The position numbers and the translations under genes were made by a program. From contig AP024596.1 of NCBI GenBank assembly GCA_019704295.1, positions 1,920,001 to 1,984,000 on the forward strand: 64,000 nucleotides of DNA, written 5' to 3'. Below the pieces are notes generated by a model, which saw only the letters and a program-made list of their open reading frames with translations, had not been told where the DNA came from and did no database searches. This DNA comes from Sulfolobales archaeon HS-7. Lineage in GTDB: Archaea; Thermoproteota; Thermoprotei_A; Sulfolobales; Sulfolobaceae. Within the stretch, counting starts at the first letter, position 1, and every line of letters begins with the position of its first letter. Positions 1 through 12,640 of the stretch are shown one piece after another.

Positions 1-1
1 T

Positions 2-598
2 AAGAAGATCACTGGAGTAGATGGATTAAATAGGGTGCTTGAGGGAATTAATTCAGCAAAGGGAGCAGGATTTAAACAGATAAAGCTTAATTTCGTTGTA
101 ACAAAGGAAAATTTTGATGAGATACATAATATAATACAGTTTGCAGAAGAAAACGGTATGAATTTACACCTGATTGAGCTTCACCCCGTTGGACTTGGCA
201 AAGAGTCGTTCTCATCACATGAAGAGTTAACGTCAGTGGAGAGAAGCTTACAACACGTCGCCAGAAAGGTTGAAGTAAGGAAGAAACATTTTAGACCAGT
301 CTACATCCTTCCCTCAGGGATAAAGGTAGAGATAGTTAAGCCATACGCTAATCCCTTATTCTGCGCAGGGTGTAATAGAATAAGACTTACTGCTGATGGA
401 AAACTAAAAACTTGTCTATATAGAAATGACTTAATTGTGGACATCTTGGAAATTGTCAGAGGAGATTATAGTCCAGATGAGAAGAAACGCTTGATTGTTA
501 AAGCATTTAAAATAGCCAATTTTATAAGGGAACCTAACTTTAAGTGGAGATACTCTTATGATTTACCTTTCAGAGATATAGTTAATGCAAAACATTAG
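2..598 (+). CDS. moaA: GTP 3',8-cyclase MoaA, C-terminal part (5' end outside the window)
   Basis: Frame is open from base 2; C-terminal motif FCAGCNRIRLTADGKLKTCL. Confidence 0.93.
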   Translation, partial: KKITGVDGLNRVLEGINSAKGAGFKQIKLNFVVTKENFDEIHNIIQFAEENGMNLHLIELHPVGLGKESFSSHEELTSVERSLQHVARKVEVRKKHFRPVYILPSGIKVEIVKPYANPLFCAGCNRIRLTADGKLKTCLYRNDLIVDILEIVRGDYSPDEKKRLIVKAFKIANFIREPNFKWRYSYDLPFRDIVNAKH

Positions 599-1631
599 AA
601 GAATTAATAAATTATTAGAGAAAAAGGAGTGTGTTGCAGTATTTGGAGAGAGTAATGTCTTCTACTTCACCGGATTTCGAGGTGCTGGGACAGTTATTAT
701 TAGTGATGGCGTTGTAAATCTCGTAGTGCCAGTTTTAGAGGAGAATAGAGTTTCAGGAATAAACGGCGTAGAAACTATCGTTTACGGACTACCTGGTGTT
801 GGCCGTTCATCACATAAGAACTTTTATGAAGTTCTCCAAGGATTGTGTAGGGAAGGAAATACGCTTAACGTTAACGTGTCTTCATTAGATCCGTCACTTT
901 ACATTAATCTTACCTCCAAATATCAAGTAAAGGATATTTCAGAAGAGATTACATTAATGAGAGCTATAAAGGACGAGGAGGAACTAGAGTTTATAAGGAA
1001 AGCAGGAGAGATAACTTCTGTCGCACTAGAAAAAACAATAAATGAACTAGATGAGGGCAACAACGAAAAACTAATTGCCGGTACATTAGACTATTACATG
1101 AAAAAGCAAGGAGCAGAGGATTACTCTTTTCCAACTATTGTAGCTATTGCAGAAAACGCATCTGAACCTCATCATATACCTACTGGTCGACGATATAAGA
1201 AAGGAGATTTAATTTTAATAGACGCTGGTGCTAAGTTCGAGGGATACTCGTTTGACACCACTAGGACGATTTTTGCCGATACTCGAGAATTTAAAAAGAT
1301 CTACGAAATAGTTCTCGAAGCTCAATTAGAGGCAATAGATGAAATAGCACCTGGCGTTAAGGCCATTGAAATTGAGAGAAAAGCTAGAGGAGTTATAGAA
1401 AAGAATGATTACGGAAGATATTTTATTCACTCGACAGGACATGGAGTCGGAATAGATGTTCACGAATATCCTCCTATAAGCCTCAACTCTGCCGCAACAC
1501 TGGAGAAGGGAATGGTTATAACAGTAGAGCCTGGAATATATTTGGAAGGACGGTTTGGTGTAAGGATAGAGGATACTATTATAGTTGACGAAAAACCACG
1601 CGTATTACTCACTCCTTATAAACAAATTTAA
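585..1631 (+). CDS. pepQ: Xaa-Pro dipeptidase/aminopeptidase (M24)
   Basis: DAG..GYSFDTTRT, HSTGHGVGIDVHE, TVEPGIY, GVRIED motifs. Confidence 0.93.
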   Translation: MQNIRRINKLLEKKECVAVFGESNVFYFTGFRGAGTVIISDGVVNLVVPVLEENRVSGINGVETIVYGLPGVGRSSHKNFYEVLQGLCREGNTLNVNVSSLDPSLYINLTSKYQVKDISEEITLMRAIKDEEELEFIRKAGEITSVALEKTINELDEGNNEKLIAGTLDYYMKKQGAEDYSFPTIVAIAENASEPHHIPTGRRYKKGDLILIDAGAKFEGYSFDTTRTIFADTREFKKIYEIVLEAQLEAIDEIAPGVKAIEIERKARGVIEKNDYGRYFIHSTGHGVGIDVHEYPPISLNSAATLEKGMVITVEPGIYLEGRFGVRIEDTIIVDEKPRVLLTPYKQI

Positions 1632-1687
1632 AATCTTTTATAATATTCGCTTAAAAGGGATTCAAGCGTTATTATTTAGGATATAAG

Positions 1688-2314
1688 ATGGAGACTACAT
1701 TACATCAGGAACTACTTGTCACTGAGATATCGAAGCGTGTTAGAGAAATTCTTGAACTTTTAGGAGAGGATGTAAACAGAGAGGGACTAAAGGAAACTCC
1801 AGAAAGGGTTGCAAAAGCCCTACTTGAAATGACTAAGGGATTAAGGGAGGAAGAACCACAGATTAAAATATTTAGTTTAAAGAGTGATGGTTCGCCAACT
1901 GAGGATAATCAAGTAGTAATAGGGAAGGACATTAGATTCACTTCTTTATGCGAGCATCACCTATTACCTTTCATAGGTCACATTTCAATAGCTTACGTTG
2001 TGGGAAAGGAAGGGAAAGTCTTAGGGTTTAGTAAGCTTTCAAGAGTTGCCAATTATTTCGCCTCTAGACCTCAAATTCAGGAGAGACTTGTACAACAGAT
2101 AGCAGACGCATTAATGGATAGCGAGTTGAAGCCTGAAGGGGTTATTGTTATAGCTGAGGCTATTCATATGTGTGTCTACGTACGTGGGGTAAAAGACCCC
2201 GAAGCGTCGTTAACGACTATTGCGTCTAGGGGAATTTTAAAGACTAATGACAATATGAGACGTCAAGTACTTGATATGATAAACACTTCAAAAAGGAACA
2301 AGCCCTTACTGTGA
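1688..2314 (+). CDS. folE: GTP cyclohydrolase I
   Basis: [36 protein letters not shown] motifs. Confidence 0.96.
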   Translation: METTLHQELLVTEISKRVREILELLGEDVNREGLKETPERVAKALLEMTKGLREEEPQIKIFSLKSDGSPTEDNQVVIGKDIRFTSLCEHHLLPFIGHISIAYVVGKEGKVLGFSKLSRVANYFASRPQIQERLVQQIADALMDSELKPEGVIVIAEAIHMCVYVRGVKDPEASLTTIASRGILKTNDNMRRQVLDMINTSKRNKPLL

Positions 2315-2592
2315 ACTTACTCCTTCTTGGCAGAAGGGACCTCCTGCTTCTCAGCTACATCCTGCCCAGAGGGTTCTACACGCTCTGAGGGTCGTACCCC
2401 GAAGTTAACGTTACAGTCCCACATGGGACTATAATTGGAGTAGAGATGTACCGCATCAATCCTAGCTTAGGCGTCTTGGTAACGCTTACTTCATCGATAG
2501 GTGTTATTGATATACTGGCTGCGAACCGAGTTGTGCAAAGGAGGCTATTCGCCTGTGGGTCTTTCGCCCACTTAAACCTCCAACGAAGATAA
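2315..2592 (+). pseudogene. Decayed fragment encoding the C-terminus of a membrane-anchored protein (copy 1 of a dispersed family)
   Basis: + frame reads LPRGFYTL*GSYPEVNVTVPHGTIIGVEMYRINPSLGVLVTLTSSIGVIDILAANRVVQRRL with an internal stop; DNA aligns by eye with 25640-25865 and 27695-27905. Confidence 0.55.
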
Positions 2593-2723
2593 AACTATAT
2601 AGTTAATTGAATCAAGATTAAAGCCCTCAACTGTTGAGTTTAGCTAAATAGTACCTCAAAAAGTGAGGTCGTGTTTTCACCCCATTATTTATAAGTGAAG
2701 CAGGCAAATAAGTTACGATTAGT

Positions 2724-5162
2724 ATGGTCCAAACTAATGAGGTTATTGAATTAATGAAATCGTGGCCCTCACACTACAATCCAAAAGAGATCGAGGAAAA
2801 GTGGCAAAGAATATGGCTCCTTGAGGAATACTGGAAGAATGTCTTTAGATTCAAAAGCGAGGATCACTCTAAACCTGCCTTTGTAATTGATACCCCACCA
2901 CCCTTTACAAGCGGGGAATTGCATATGGGGCATGCATACTGGGTGTCCATGATCGACGCTATTGCAAGATCAAAGAGACTCCAAGGATTTAACGTTCTTC
3001 ATCCTCAAGGCTGGGACACGCAAGGACTTCCTACTGAACTTAAAGTACAATATCGTCTCAGAATACCCAAGGAGAATAGACAACTCTTCCTTGAAAAGTG
3101 CATTGAATGGACTGAGAAGATGATAGCCAATATGAAAAGCGGAATGATAAGACTCGGATATAGACCTGAATGGGAAAGATATGAATATAGAACCTATTCG
3201 AAAGAGTATAGAAGAGTTATCCAATTAAGTCTCATCGATATGGCAAGAAAGGGATTTCTTGAACTTCGCTACGGGCCTGTATATTGGTGTCCGCACTGTG
3301 AAACGTCTTTAGCTCAAAGTGAAGTCGGGTATAAGGAGGCTTCTGGTCTGCTTAACACCATAAAATTTCCCCTAAAAGATGGAGATGAGATAAGAATAGC
3401 AACAACGAGGCCAGAGCTAATTCCTGCAGTGCAGGCAATAGTAATTAATCCCAATGATACCAGATATAAGGCACTCGTGGGGAAGAAGGCAATATCACCA
3501 ATTTTTAACAAAGAGATACCAATAATAGAGGACGAAGCTGTAGATATGAGTTTCGGAACTGGTGCAGTTATGGTATGCACATACGGAGATCCGCAAGACG
3601 TGAAATGGCAATTGAAGTATTCCCTCCCTGTAAGCGAGATAATAGACGAAAAAGGAAGGATAAAGAATACAGGTATTCTAGACGGTCTCACTGTAGAGGA
3701 GGCTAGGAAAAAAATTCTCGAAATGCTGAAAAATCAGGATTATTTGATTGACAGTAAACCGATCAGACATAACATCTTGTCCCACACTGAGAGATCGGAT
3801 TGCGGCTATCCAATAGAGTTCCTCGTCAAAAAGCAATTGTATATAAAGGTCCTTCCCTTTACTGATTTACTTCTCAAGAAAGTAGACGAAATGACATTCA
3901 AACCCACGAAGATGAAGTATTTTCTAAAAGAGTGGATTAAAGGCTTAGAATGGGATTGGAACATTTCAAGACAGAGAGTCTATGGAACTCCACTTCCATT
4001 TTGGTTCTGTGATAACGACCATCTAATACCAGCGGAAGAGAGTTCATTACCGATAGATCCTCGAGAGATAACTCAAACTAAAAAGTGCCCCGTATGTGGG
4101 TTAACGCTTAAACCGATAACGGATGTTGCGGACGTATGGATCGACTCTAGTGTAACCCTATTATATCTTACACAGTACTATGATAACAAGGAACTAATCG
4201 AATATGCCTTTCCAGGAAATCTGAGGGTACAGGGAACCGATATTATAAGAACCTGGTTGTTCTATACGCTTTTCAGAACGTGGGCAATAACAGGAAAACT
4301 GCCTTTTAGCGAAGCGCTAATTCACGGTCAAGTGCTCGGACCAGATAATAGCAGGATGAGCAAAAGCAAGGGGAACGTGGTCTCCCCCTTAGATAGAATA
4401 GATGAATATGGAGCAGACGCCATAAGGATGACTCTTTTAGGCTTTTCAATAGGTGACGATTTTCCATTTAAATGGGAAACCGTAAGGGGAAGAAAGTTAC
4501 TCCTACAAAAACTCTGGAACGCTTGCCGTTTACTATATCCCTTCGTCTACGGAAAAGATCTTAAAAAACCAGATAAGTTGAGCGTAGTAGATAAGTGGAT
4601 ATTATATATGCATAAAACATTTATTATTAATGCAATAAATAATTACAATTCGTATGACTTCTTCAAAATAATTGAGGACTTTCATCGCTATTTCTGGGAG
4701 GTAATAGCGGACGAGTATTTGGAGATGATAAAGTATAGACTCTTTGAAAACGATGATGCTGCAATTTTTGTAGCTAGGAGAATAATAAAGGATCTATTGA
4801 TAGTCATCCATCCCCTAGCTCCGCACATAACTGAGGAACTCTACTCTAGAATGTTTGGCGATAGACAGAGTATCCTATTGGAGAGATTTCCAGACGTCTC
4901 GGATATTGAGGAAGATGAGTACTCGCTTAAAGTAGGTAATGCCATAACGAAAATTAACTCTGCGATAAGAACCGAGAAGATAAGACAGAAACTGTCGATG
5001 AATACGCCAGTAAATGTGAGATTAACTTGCGACGAAGAACTAAAAGAGCTAGTTAAAATTGTTGAAAAGGATATTAAAAATACCCTAAAAATTGAGAATT
5101 TAGAGATACTAAGTGGAAATCAACTGAAAGTAGAAGTCGTTAGATCAGACCATGGGAGTTAA
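2724..5162 (+). CDS. valS: Valyl-tRNA synthetase
   Basis: [13 protein letters not shown] (HIGH), [15 protein letters not shown] (KMSKS). Confidence 0.97.
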   Translation: MVQTNEVIELMKSWPSHYNPKEIEEKWQRIWLLEEYWKNVFRFKSEDHSKPAFVIDTPPPFTSGELHMGHAYWVSMIDAIARSKRLQGFNVLHPQGWDTQGLPTELKVQYRLRIPKENRQLFLEKCIEWTEKMIANMKSGMIRLGYRPEWERYEYRTYSKEYRRVIQLSLIDMARKGFLELRYGPVYWCPHCETSLAQSEVGYKEASGLLNTIKFPLKDGDEIRIATTRPELIPAVQAIVINPNDTRYKALVGKKAISPIFNKEIPIIEDEAVDMSFGTGAVMVCTYGDPQDVKWQLKYSLPVSEIIDEKGRIKNTGILDGLTVEEARKKILEMLKNQDYLIDSKPIRHNILSHTERSDCGYPIEFLVKKQLYIKVLPFTDLLLKKVDEMTFKPTKMKYFLKEWIKGLEWDWNISRQRVYGTPLPFWFCDNDHLIPAEESSLPIDPREITQTKKCPVCGLTLKPITDVADVWIDSSVTLLYLTQYYDNKELIEYAFPGNLRVQGTDIIRTWLFYTLFRTWAITGKLPFSEALIHGQVLGPDNSRMSKSKGNVVSPLDRIDEYGADAIRMTLLGFSIGDDFPFKWETVRGRKLLLQKLWNACRLLYPFVYGKDLKKPDKLSVVDKWILYMHKTFIINAINNYNSYDFFKIIEDFHRYFWEVIADEYLEMIKYRLFENDDAAIFVARRIIKDLLIVIHPLAPHITEELYSRMFGDRQSILLERFPDVSDIEEDEYSLKVGNAITKINSAIRTEKIRQKLSMNTPVNVRLTCDEELKELVKIVEKDIKNTLKIENLEILSGNQLKVEVVRSDHGS

Positions 5163-5194
5163 GCTCACCTATCGCTACTATATTTCTCTTCATC

Positions 5195-6385
5195 CTAGAG
5201 TTTTTCTATCATTTCTTTTATCCTATTTATTCCTTCTTTAATATCTTCTTCGTCTACGGCAAAACTAAGTCTAAGGAAACCCCTTCCTTGTTCGAGGGGG
5301 AAAACAGAACCTGGTATGGTTACAACACCGACCTCCCTAATTAGTTTTATCGCTAATTCACGTGCTTCTACATTAATTCTGTTCATAATTTCAGAGAAGT
5401 CGACAAACATGTAAAACGTCGCTTGTGGTTTGGTAATCCTTATGCCTTTTACACTAGATAGACTTGCAAACATCGTATCTCTCCTTCTTCTAAATAAATT
5501 AACCATCTCGTTTACCTCGTTAAAAGTCCTGAACGCGGCTAACGCTGCCTTCTGAACGAAGCTAGTTGCACAGGTGTAGATATTAGTTGCGAGAATGGAT
5601 ACCTTGTTAATTACTTCTCTTTCTGCGATAACATAACCGAGTCTCCACCCAGTCATAGAAAACGTTTTGCTGAAACCGTTTACGTAAATTACGTTCTCCT
5701 TCCATTCTGGAATTCTTAATACTGAGGACATTTGCCCTTCATAAATGAAGTTGTCATATATTTCATCTGCTATTACTACTACGTTGTTATCTTTAGCTAT
5801 TTTTACTACATCGGTGACTTCCTTCCTGGAGAATATAGTACCTGTGGGATTGACTGGATTATTAAGAATTACTACCTTAGTCTTTGGAGTTATCTTCGAT
5901 TGAAACTCTGAAAGATCTATTGAGAAATTATTGTCCTTCCTAAGCTTGGAAAAGATAGGTCTCCCAAATAACATTTTTACTGCTTCGCTATAGGAGTAAA
6001 ATGAAGGATCAAATATTATAACCTCGTCTCCAGGTTTTATATACAGTAATAAGCTCAGATAGAGGGCTACTTTCGTACCAGGGGTTATCGCGACGTTTTC
6101 AGCCGTTAGTTCCTCGCCGTATTTTTGATTTACGTATTCCGCAACAGCTTTTCTAAGTTCATAAATACCTAGTGAAGGAGTGTATTTTGTGAAGTTGGTA
6201 TCTATAGCTTCCTTTGCTGCGTCCTTTATCTCCTTAAAAGTCGGCACGTCTGGCTGACCAATTCCGAAGTTTATTATCCTTTTCCCTTCTCTTTTAGCGA
6301 CATCATTTGCAATTTCCTGGTAAATCAGCGTACTCTCCCCATTAAGAGACTCTATACTATCCGTAAACCTCTCTATTGGTTTCAT
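5195..6385 (-). CDS. aspB: PLP-dependent aspartate/aromatic aminotransferase, class I
   Basis: NNPVNPTG, DEIY, SKTFSMTGWRLG; last gene of the trp operon. Confidence 0.9.
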   Translation of the reverse strand: MKPIERFTDSIESLNGESTLIYQEIANDVAKREGKRIINFGIGQPDVPTFKEIKDAAKEAIDTNFTKYTPSLGIYELRKAVAEYVNQKYGEELTAENVAITPGTKVALYLSLLLYIKPGDEVIIFDPSFYSYSEAVKMLFGRPIFSKLRKDNNFSIDLSEFQSKITPKTKVVILNNPVNPTGTIFSRKEVTDVVKIAKDNNVVVIADEIYDNFIYEGQMSSVLRIPEWKENVIYVNGFSKTFSMTGWRLGYVIAEREVINKVSILATNIYTCATSFVQKAALAAFRTFNEVNEMVNLFRRRRDTMFASLSSVKGIRITKPQATFYMFVDFSEIMNRINVEARELAIKLIREVGVVTIPGSVFPLEQGRGFLRLSFAVDEEDIKEGINRIKEMIEKL

Positions 6386-6386
6386 A

Positions 6387-7145
6387 CTATTTCATCTCAT
6401 TCGCGGTGAACTCTCTTATTTTTTCGGGATTTTGAAGAAGACTAGTACCTATTAAAAACGCATCCGCCCCTGCCTTTCTAAGCATAAGTATTTCGCTCTT
6501 ACTAGTTATTCCACTCTCAGCTATCTTTATCATATTTTTCGGTATTAATGAGAGCAGAAGAGACGACTTATTTAGGTCGATTTTCAGATCTCTGAGGTTT
6601 CTTGAGTTAACGCCTATCATGTCTGGTTGTAATGAGTTAATTATCTCTAGCTCCTTCTCATTTGAGATCTCAACTATTACTTCTAAGTTAAACGACTTGG
6701 CGTACTCATACAAATCCTCTAACTCCCTTTCAGTTAATATAGTGGCTATCAATAAAATAGCGTCTGCCCCTATATTAAATGCCGTCTCTACCTGCATTGG
6801 TGATACTACAAAGTCCTTCATTAAAATAGGAATAGATACCCACTTTCCTATTTCTCGCAATAACTCATAATCCCCCTTAAAGAATTTCTCTTCTGTAACA
6901 ACACTTAAACCTACTGCACCATTATTCTGCATAAATGTCGAGTACTCAACAGGATCTATGGACACCTCGAGTCCAGAAGGAGAACCTCTCTTATATTCTG
7001 CGATAATTGGCGTAGTGTTATCGCCTGAATTCCCAATTCTGGTCGATAAGCTATGAATTTTCCTAGTTCTTTGAACGTCTACTGGGATTCTATTTAGCGA
7101 AATCTCGGTTACCTCCTTTAGCCATCCATCTAAAAGTCGAGGCAT
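6387..7145 (-). CDS. trpC: Indole-3-glycerol phosphate synthase (start taken at MPRLL, 7145)
   Basis: IIAEYKRGSPSG, LMKDF, GVNSRNL, AESGI motifs. Confidence 0.96.
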   Translation of the reverse strand: MPRLLDGWLKEVTEISLNRIPVDVQRTRKIHSLSTRIGNSGDNTTPIIAEYKRGSPSGLEVSIDPVEYSTFMQNNGAVGLSVVTEEKFFKGDYELLREIGKWVSIPILMKDFVVSPMQVETAFNIGADAILLIATILTERELEDLYEYAKSFNLEVIVEISNEKELEIINSLQPDMIGVNSRNLRDLKIDLNKSSLLLSLIPKNMIKIAESGITSKSEILMLRKAGADAFLIGTSLLQNPEKIREFTANEMK

Positions 7146-7152
7146 TGGTAGT

Positions 7153-7734
7153 TTACACCTTGTTAATGAAGTTATATAGAATTTTATAACCTTCCCTGGT
7201 TCCCACCGATTCTGGATGAAATTGAACTCCATAAACCCTATACTCCTCATGTTCTATTCCCATGACCTCCTGGTCTTCTTTAGAGACAGCCGTGACCCTT
7301 AACGGTGTTTTTACGTTCCTTACAACAAGACTATGATATCTAGTAGCGTGAAAGGTATTTGGTATACCGTAGTACAATCGAGAATTATAGTGAAATATCT
7401 CGCTAATTTTTCCGTGAAATATTGTATTGGCTTTCTCGATATTAGCCCCATATGCATATCCTATTATCTGATGACCTAAACATACCCCTAATATAGGAAT
7501 CTTGACTCCTAAGTTCTTAACGATATCAAGACTTATTCCAACATCCTCCTTTTTTAGTGGAGTCCCAGGACCCGGAGAAATAATTACCCTATCGGGATTT
7601 ATCCGCATTACACCTGATAAGGATATCTCATCATTTCTGATCACTATAGGAACGGTCCCTAATTGGGCTACCAATTGATATATATTAAAAACAAAACTAT
7701 CGTAATTATCAATAATTAGTGTTATGTCCACCAC
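7153..7734 (-). CDS. trpG: Anthranilate synthase component II
   Basis: IDNYDSF, SPGPG, GVCLGHQ, RYHSL, QFHPES. Confidence 0.96.
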   Translation of the reverse strand: MVDITLIIDNYDSFVFNIYQLVAQLGTVPIVIRNDEISLSGVMRINPDRVIISPGPGTPLKKEDVGISLDIVKNLGVKIPILGVCLGHQIIGYAYGANIEKANTIFHGKISEIFHYNSRLYYGIPNTFHATRYHSLVVRNVKTPLRVTAVSKEDQEVMGIEHEEYRVYGVQFHPESVGTREGYKILYNFINKV

Positions 7735-9034
7735 TTCTCTCCTCTATAGCCAATTTAAGTGCGGCCAGTTTGTTTTCGACCTCCTTGTCCTCGGCCTCTG
7801 GGATCGAGTCCGCTACAATTCCTGCACCTGCTTGAAGTCTAAAATTGCCATTTATGGCAAATCCGCTTCTTATAGTTATGGCAAATTCGGCGTTACCATC
7901 CACCGAGAAATAGCCCACAGCTCCTGCATATGGACCTCTTCTATACCTTTCGAGCCTTTCTATAATTCGCATTGACATAGGTTTAGGTGCGCCCGAGACA
8001 GTACCTGCAGGGAACACTGCTTTTAACACATCGAATGAGTCATAACGCCTAGTGTCTAGATTACCTATTACTCTACTAACTATATGCTGTACGTGGCTAT
8101 ATTTCTCTATATACATGAGTTCAGGAACCCTAACTGTTCCCGGTATACTAACCTTGCCTATATCATTTCGCGCTAAATCAACTAGCATTAAATGTTCAGC
8201 CCGATCTTTTTCTGATCTCATTAGAGTTTGCTCTAGCTTCAAATCCTCCTCTGGATCAATTCCTCTCCTTATAGTCCCAGCTATAGGAAATGTCTCAATT
8301 ACGCCTTCGTCAACTCGGAATAAAGTCTCTGGACTTGAACCTATTATCACCCTTTCGTTAAACTTTAGAAAATACATATAAGGAGATGGATTAATTTTCC
8401 TTAGTCTTATATAAAAATCTATTAAATCCCCAGAATACTTGTAGGTAAGAATTTTTGATATTACGGTTTGAAACGTGTATCCTTCCTTTATATAGTTTAA
8501 AACTTCATTTACGTTTTTCTTAAACTCGTACGATGATATTACGGGTTTGCCCTCGCTGAAGTTAGTGCGTTCCCATATTTCTCCCCTACACTCAGGCAAA
8601 GAGCCTTCAACATAAGCAACGCTATTTAAATTATCGTATAAAACGACGTTCGAGGGAATAAAGAATTCTGCGTCTGGCCAATTCTCCACATTTGAAACTA
8701 AACTAGGAATTTTTTCATAATACCTTATAAGATCATATGATAGATATCCTATCGCTCCTCCTTTAAATCTGCTTGGAAAGTTAACTTGAACCGCTCTTTG
8801 AAGCAATCTTTTTACAGCTAGGAGAGGATCAGTCCCTTCGGAAAATCCTTCTTCACCCTTAATTTTTCCCTCTTTAATTTCAACTGCTCCTTTAGAACCC
8901 CATGCAACTAAGGTGAACCTTGCTTTATACTGAGGGCCCTCTAAACTTTCCAGGAGAGTTGCGTAATCGTTATCCTTTACACAATTAAATAATTGTAGTG
9001 GCTTGAGTAAATTGTTAATGCTCTTGGTTTCCAT
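7709..9034 (-). CDS. trpE: Anthranilate synthase component I
   Basis: [32 protein letters not shown]. Confidence 0.96.
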   Translation of the reverse strand: METKSINNLLKPLQLFNCVKDNDYATLLESLEGPQYKARFTLVAWGSKGAVEIKEGKIKGEEGFSEGTDPLLAVKRLLQRAVQVNFPSRFKGGAIGYLSYDLIRYYEKIPSLVSNVENWPDAEFFIPSNVVLYDNLNSVAYVEGSLPECRGEIWERTNFSEGKPVISSYEFKKNVNEVLNYIKEGYTFQTVISKILTYKYSGDLIDFYIRLRKINPSPYMYFLKFNERVIIGSSPETLFRVDEGVIETFPIAGTIRRGIDPEEDLKLEQTLMRSEKDRAEHLMLVDLARNDIGKVSIPGTVRVPELMYIEKYSHVQHIVSRVIGNLDTRRYDSFDVLKAVFPAGTVSGAPKPMSMRIIERLERYRRGPYAGAVGYFSVDGNAEFAITIRSGFAINGNFRLQAGAGIVADSIPEAEDKEVENKLAALKLAIEERSGGHNTNY

Positions 9035-9617
9035 ACTTTACAGCCTCAATAAATTTTTCCACCTTTACTTCGTCCTTTTTACCTGGATATTTTTCCACGC
9101 CACTCGAAACGTCGTATATTTTAGCTTTGTAATTTAGGTAATTAATTACATTCTCTGGCGTAAGACCTCCAGCTATTCCGGCAAACCTGAGTTTTTCCTT
9201 AACCTTTTCCAAGAAGCTAATTGGAAGCTGAACTCCCTTTTTGTGAACGTCAATAAGAGGTGTAAATCCCTTCTCTATAATAGTATTCATATACTGTATA
9301 TATTCTGGTAAAGCTGGAATGTAAAGTATAGCGTTTACCGAACTCTTTTCCAATTCATTTAATTCCGACAGAAATAGCACTCTATGAATTTGAACTCCGT
9401 CAAATAATCGTCCTATTTTTACAATATCGTTTATATTTCCGCTCTGTTTTACGTAAATTACGTTTATACTTACAGATTTCTTTATTTCATTAGCTCTCTC
9501 TAGGTTCACAAACCTCGGAGTGTTTTCTTCACCTACAATGCCTATCATATCAGCGCCCTTTTCTTCTGCAAGTTTAGCGTCGCCCACGTTAGTTATCCCG
9601 CAGATCTTTACCTTCAC
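9015..9617 (-). CDS. trpF: Phosphoribosylanthranilate isomerase
   Basis: VKICGIT, AGGLTPEN, DVSSGVE. Confidence 0.95.
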   Translation of the reverse strand: MKVKICGITNVGDAKLAEEKGADMIGIVGEENTPRFVNLERANEIKKSVSINVIYVKQSGNINDIVKIGRLFDGVQIHRVLFLSELNELEKSSVNAILYIPALPEYIQYMNTIIEKGFTPLIDVHKKGVQLPISFLEKVKEKLRFAGIAGGLTPENVINYLNYKAKIYDVSSGVEKYPGKKDEVKVEKFIEAVKYGNQEH

Positions 9618-10654
9618 TTTTTCACCTTTTCCAAAACCTTGAGAAAGGGACTTACGTCGCCTCCACTAGCCTTTATTACCTCATTAACCTTCGTTATGAC
9701 TTCACTAGTATCATTAATAGCTAACTCATAACCGTCCTTGAAGTCCTTAACAACTCCAGCAACATAATACGCTACCGAGGAGTTTACTGCTATAAAATCC
9801 AACACATCCCTATCCAAACCAAGGAATGCCCTTATCACTTTTTCAACGGATTCTTCAGTGGAGCTTGCTTGTAGTTTTTCAATACTCACCCTATTTCGCA
9901 CTCCGAAATCTTCTGGAGATAGTCTAATCTCATCAATATCCTTCTCCACTAATATAACATGTGTTAAACCTGACAAACTTACTTCGTCTATTCCCGGTTC
10001 TCCGAAAACTACTGCGGATTTCGTTGTTCTAAGCTTATGAAGGGCTTCAGCCATCTTCCTAGCATAGTTAATAGAGAATACACCTATTACTTGACGTTCG
10101 ACCGAGGCCGGGTTAGTTAGAGGGCCGAGAAGATTAAAAATAGTTCTGACTCCTAACGTTTTCCTCACGTTTGCTACATTCTTCATAGCAGGATGATATA
10201 ACTGAGCGAAGAGAAATGCAAAATTACTCTTTATTACCGCAGACTTAACCTGTTCTGGAGATAGGTAAATATTGTACCCTAACCTCTCAAGAAAATCTGC
10301 ACTTCCCGTTTTACTGCTTACGGATCTATTCCCATGTTTTAATACTGGAACTCGCAAACTAAGAAGTATTGCCGAAGCCGTACTTACATTGATAGTATGC
10401 ATGAAGTCTCCTCCGGTACCCGCAGTATCAATCCCCTGAGGAAAGTCCACTTTTATCATATGCTTCCTCATACTCTTGGCAAATCCCAAAATTTCCTGCT
10501 CGCTTTCACCCTTAGCCCTCAGGGCTACGAGAATGGCAGAAGTTACTATTTCAGACTGTTCCCCATTAATTATACTATCTGCAACCTCTTCGGAAATTCC
10601 TTCATCTAGGTCGATTTTTTCTAATATCTTTTCTAGAATCTCCTTAGTATTCAT
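9614..10654 (-). CDS. trpD: Anthranilate phosphoribosyltransferase
   Basis: DTAGTGGD, NVST, KHGNRSVSSKTGSAD. Confidence 0.96.
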   Translation of the reverse strand: MNTKEILEKILEKIDLDEGISEEVADSIINGEQSEIVTSAILVALRAKGESEQEILGFAKSMRKHMIKVDFPQGIDTAGTGGDFMHTINVSTASAILLSLRVPVLKHGNRSVSSKTGSADFLERLGYNIYLSPEQVKSAVIKSNFAFLFAQLYHPAMKNVANVRKTLGVRTIFNLLGPLTNPASVERQVIGVFSINYARKMAEALHKLRTTKSAVVFGEPGIDEVSLSGLTHVILVEKDIDEIRLSPEDFGVRNRVSIEKLQASSTEESVEKVIRAFLGLDRDVLDFIAVNSSVAYYVAGVVKDFKDGYELAINDTSEVITKVNEVIKASGGDVSPFLKVLEKVKK

Positions 10655-11375
10655 TTAATAACCCCATGAGTTTCCTGCCTTTAGCTAATGCCTCCTCAAC
10701 TCCTCCTGTTTCTAAAGCCTGAATGAATGTAGTACCTATCGCTATTCCGTCTGCGCCAGCAGATAGTGCAAGCCTTATATCGTTTTCGTCTGACAGTCCG
10801 AATCCTACTATTATTTTCTTGTCTACTAGCTCTCTTATTCTTCTCACTAACCGTTCTATTCCTATTGGTATATCTACACCGGTCGTAGGTCTCATCCCGT
10901 AATAGAGAAACAAATCGGTAAGCTTTGATGTAGTAACTATGAAGCTGTCAGGAACCGTCGGAGTTACGAAAATTACGTTTTTTAATCCAACCTCTTTCGT
11001 AATCGTTGCTATTTCCTCTACTTTATTCGGAAAGTCGATGAGTAAGTCAGGGAAAAGAACTCCATCAACCTCATACGAATAAATTTCCTCTAGAAACTTC
11101 TTAACATTAGCCAAGTGTTCCTCAACGTAAGAAAGAACAACTATAGGGACGTCTACGTAATGTCTTAACTCCTTAAGAACACTTCCCATTTCGAGTTTTC
11201 GAGTATTCACAGCTCTGTAACTCCTTCTGATCACAGGCCCGTCGTATTTAGCATATGCGGGAGGTAATCCTACCTCTATTGCTGAAGCACCTACCTCTAC
11301 GATCCCCTTCATAAAAGCGAGGAACTTCTCATCAGTAGGATATCCTATCGTATCATAAGCTACTAGCTCTCGCAT
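10644..11375 (-). CDS. trpA: Tryptophan synthase alpha chain
   Basis: GYP, EVG..AKYDGPVI, VGFG, GADG motifs; operon context. Confidence 0.94.
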   Translation of the reverse strand: MRELVAYDTIGYPTDEKFLAFMKGIVEVGASAIEVGLPPAYAKYDGPVIRRSYRAVNTRKLEMGSVLKELRHYVDVPIVVLSYVEEHLANVKKFLEEIYSYEVDGVLFPDLLIDFPNKVEEIATITKEVGLKNVIFVTPTVPDSFIVTTSKLTDLFLYYGMRPTTGVDIPIGIERLVRRIRELVDKKIIVGFGLSDENDIRLALSAGADGIAIGTTFIQALETGGVEEALAKGRKLMGLLNEY

Positions 11376-12640
11376 TACTCCCTCAGCCTCTTCATCATGG
11401 ACTCGTAATTAGTTAAATCTAGCAAACCGTGGCCACTGAAGTTAAAGACTATCGTCTTCCTATCACCAGACTTCTTGGCATTACGTGCCTCCTCTATAAC
11501 CGAAGCTATTGCATGGGCAGTCTCTGGTGCAGGCACTAGTCCTTGGGATTCTATCATTAATTTAGCTGCATCGAAAACTTCTGCCTCCGAATACTCTCTC
11601 CACCTTACTTTACCCCTCTTTATTAGCAAACTGAGGGATGGGGCGACTCCGTGGTATCTTAGACCACCGGCATATATTGAGGGAGGAACATAATCTTTTC
11701 CTAGGGTTATCATTTTTATCATAGGAAGTATTCCCGCTGAATCAGGATAGTCGTATTTATATTCACCAAGTGAAAACTTAGGAATTTCTTTCGAAGCCAC
11801 AGCTATATATTCCTTTCCTACATTGTTTCCTATAAAGGGAAAAGCAAATCCGCTGAAATTGCTTCCACCTCCCACGCAACCTATTAACGTGTCGGGTTCT
11901 ACGCCCTCCAACTCTAATTGTTTCATAGCCTCTTGTCCTATAACACTCTGGTGCAAAACGACTAGATCTAAAACACTGCCTACTAAATACCTATAACCGT
12001 TCCTTAAAGAATACTCTACTGATTCGCTCATTGCTATACCTAATGAACCTGGGTGATTAGGATTCATCTCCAATATCTTCTTTCCATATTCTGTTAGTTG
12101 ACTAGGACTTGCAAACACTTCACCACCATATAAATTCATTAACGTTTTTCTCATCGGTTTTTGTTCTAAACTTACCCTTACCATAAATATAGTGGATCTC
12201 ATTTTATACAATGACGCGGCCAAAGCGACTGCAGTACCCCATTGTCCAGCTCCAGTTTCTGTGACAATGTGCGCTATACCCTCTTCTTTTGCAAAATAGG
12301 CCTGAGCTAACGCTGTGTTTATTTTATGAGAACCTGTTGGTGTAGCTCCTTCGTATTTAAAATATATCCTTGCGGGCGTGTTAAGTTTATCTTCCAATCC
12401 TTTAGCTCTTATAAGAGGTGTCGGTCTACCTATAAGTAAATATTTGCTTAGTACCTCCTCTGGTATTTTTACGTATCTCTCCACAGTAAACTGTTGCCTG
12501 AGAACCTCCTTTGGTAAGATTGATCTTAACAAATCTATCTTCGACCGTTCATCGTCTGGAGGATCGCGTGGAGGCGGAAGCGGTTCGGGGAGATCTGGGA
12601 CTATATTATACCAATATTTCGGAATTATTTCATCTACCAT
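11375..12640 (-). CDS. trpB: Tryptophan synthase beta chain (TrpB2 type, in operon)
   Basis: [32 protein letters not shown]. Confidence 0.96.
   Translation of the reverse strand: MVDEIIPKYWYNIVPDLPEPLPPPRDPPDDERSKIDLLRSILPKEVLRQQFTVERYVKIPEEVLSKYLLIGRPTPLIRAKGLEDKLNTPARIYFKYEGATPTGSHKINTALAQAYFAKEEGIAHIVTETGAGQWGTAVALAASLYKMRSTIFMVRVSLEQKPMRKTLMNLYGGEVFASPSQLTEYGKKILEMNPNHPGSLGIAMSESVEYSLRNGYRYLVGSVLDLVVLHQSVIGQEAMKQLELEGVEPDTLIGCVGGGSNFSGFAFPFIGNNVGKEYIAVASKEIPKFSLGEYKYDYPDSAGILPMIKMITLGKDYVPPSIYAGGLRYHGVAPSLSLLIKRGKVRWREYSEAEVFDAAKLMIESQGLVPAPETAHAIASVIEEARNAKKSGDRKTIVFNFSGHGLLDLTNYESMMKRLRE

Noticed and set aside
2593-2669. Three short palindromes upstream of valS (2593-2604, 2626-2638, 2653-2669)
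   Set aside because: Arms are only 6 bp with no convincing shared consensus; cannot be separated from chance
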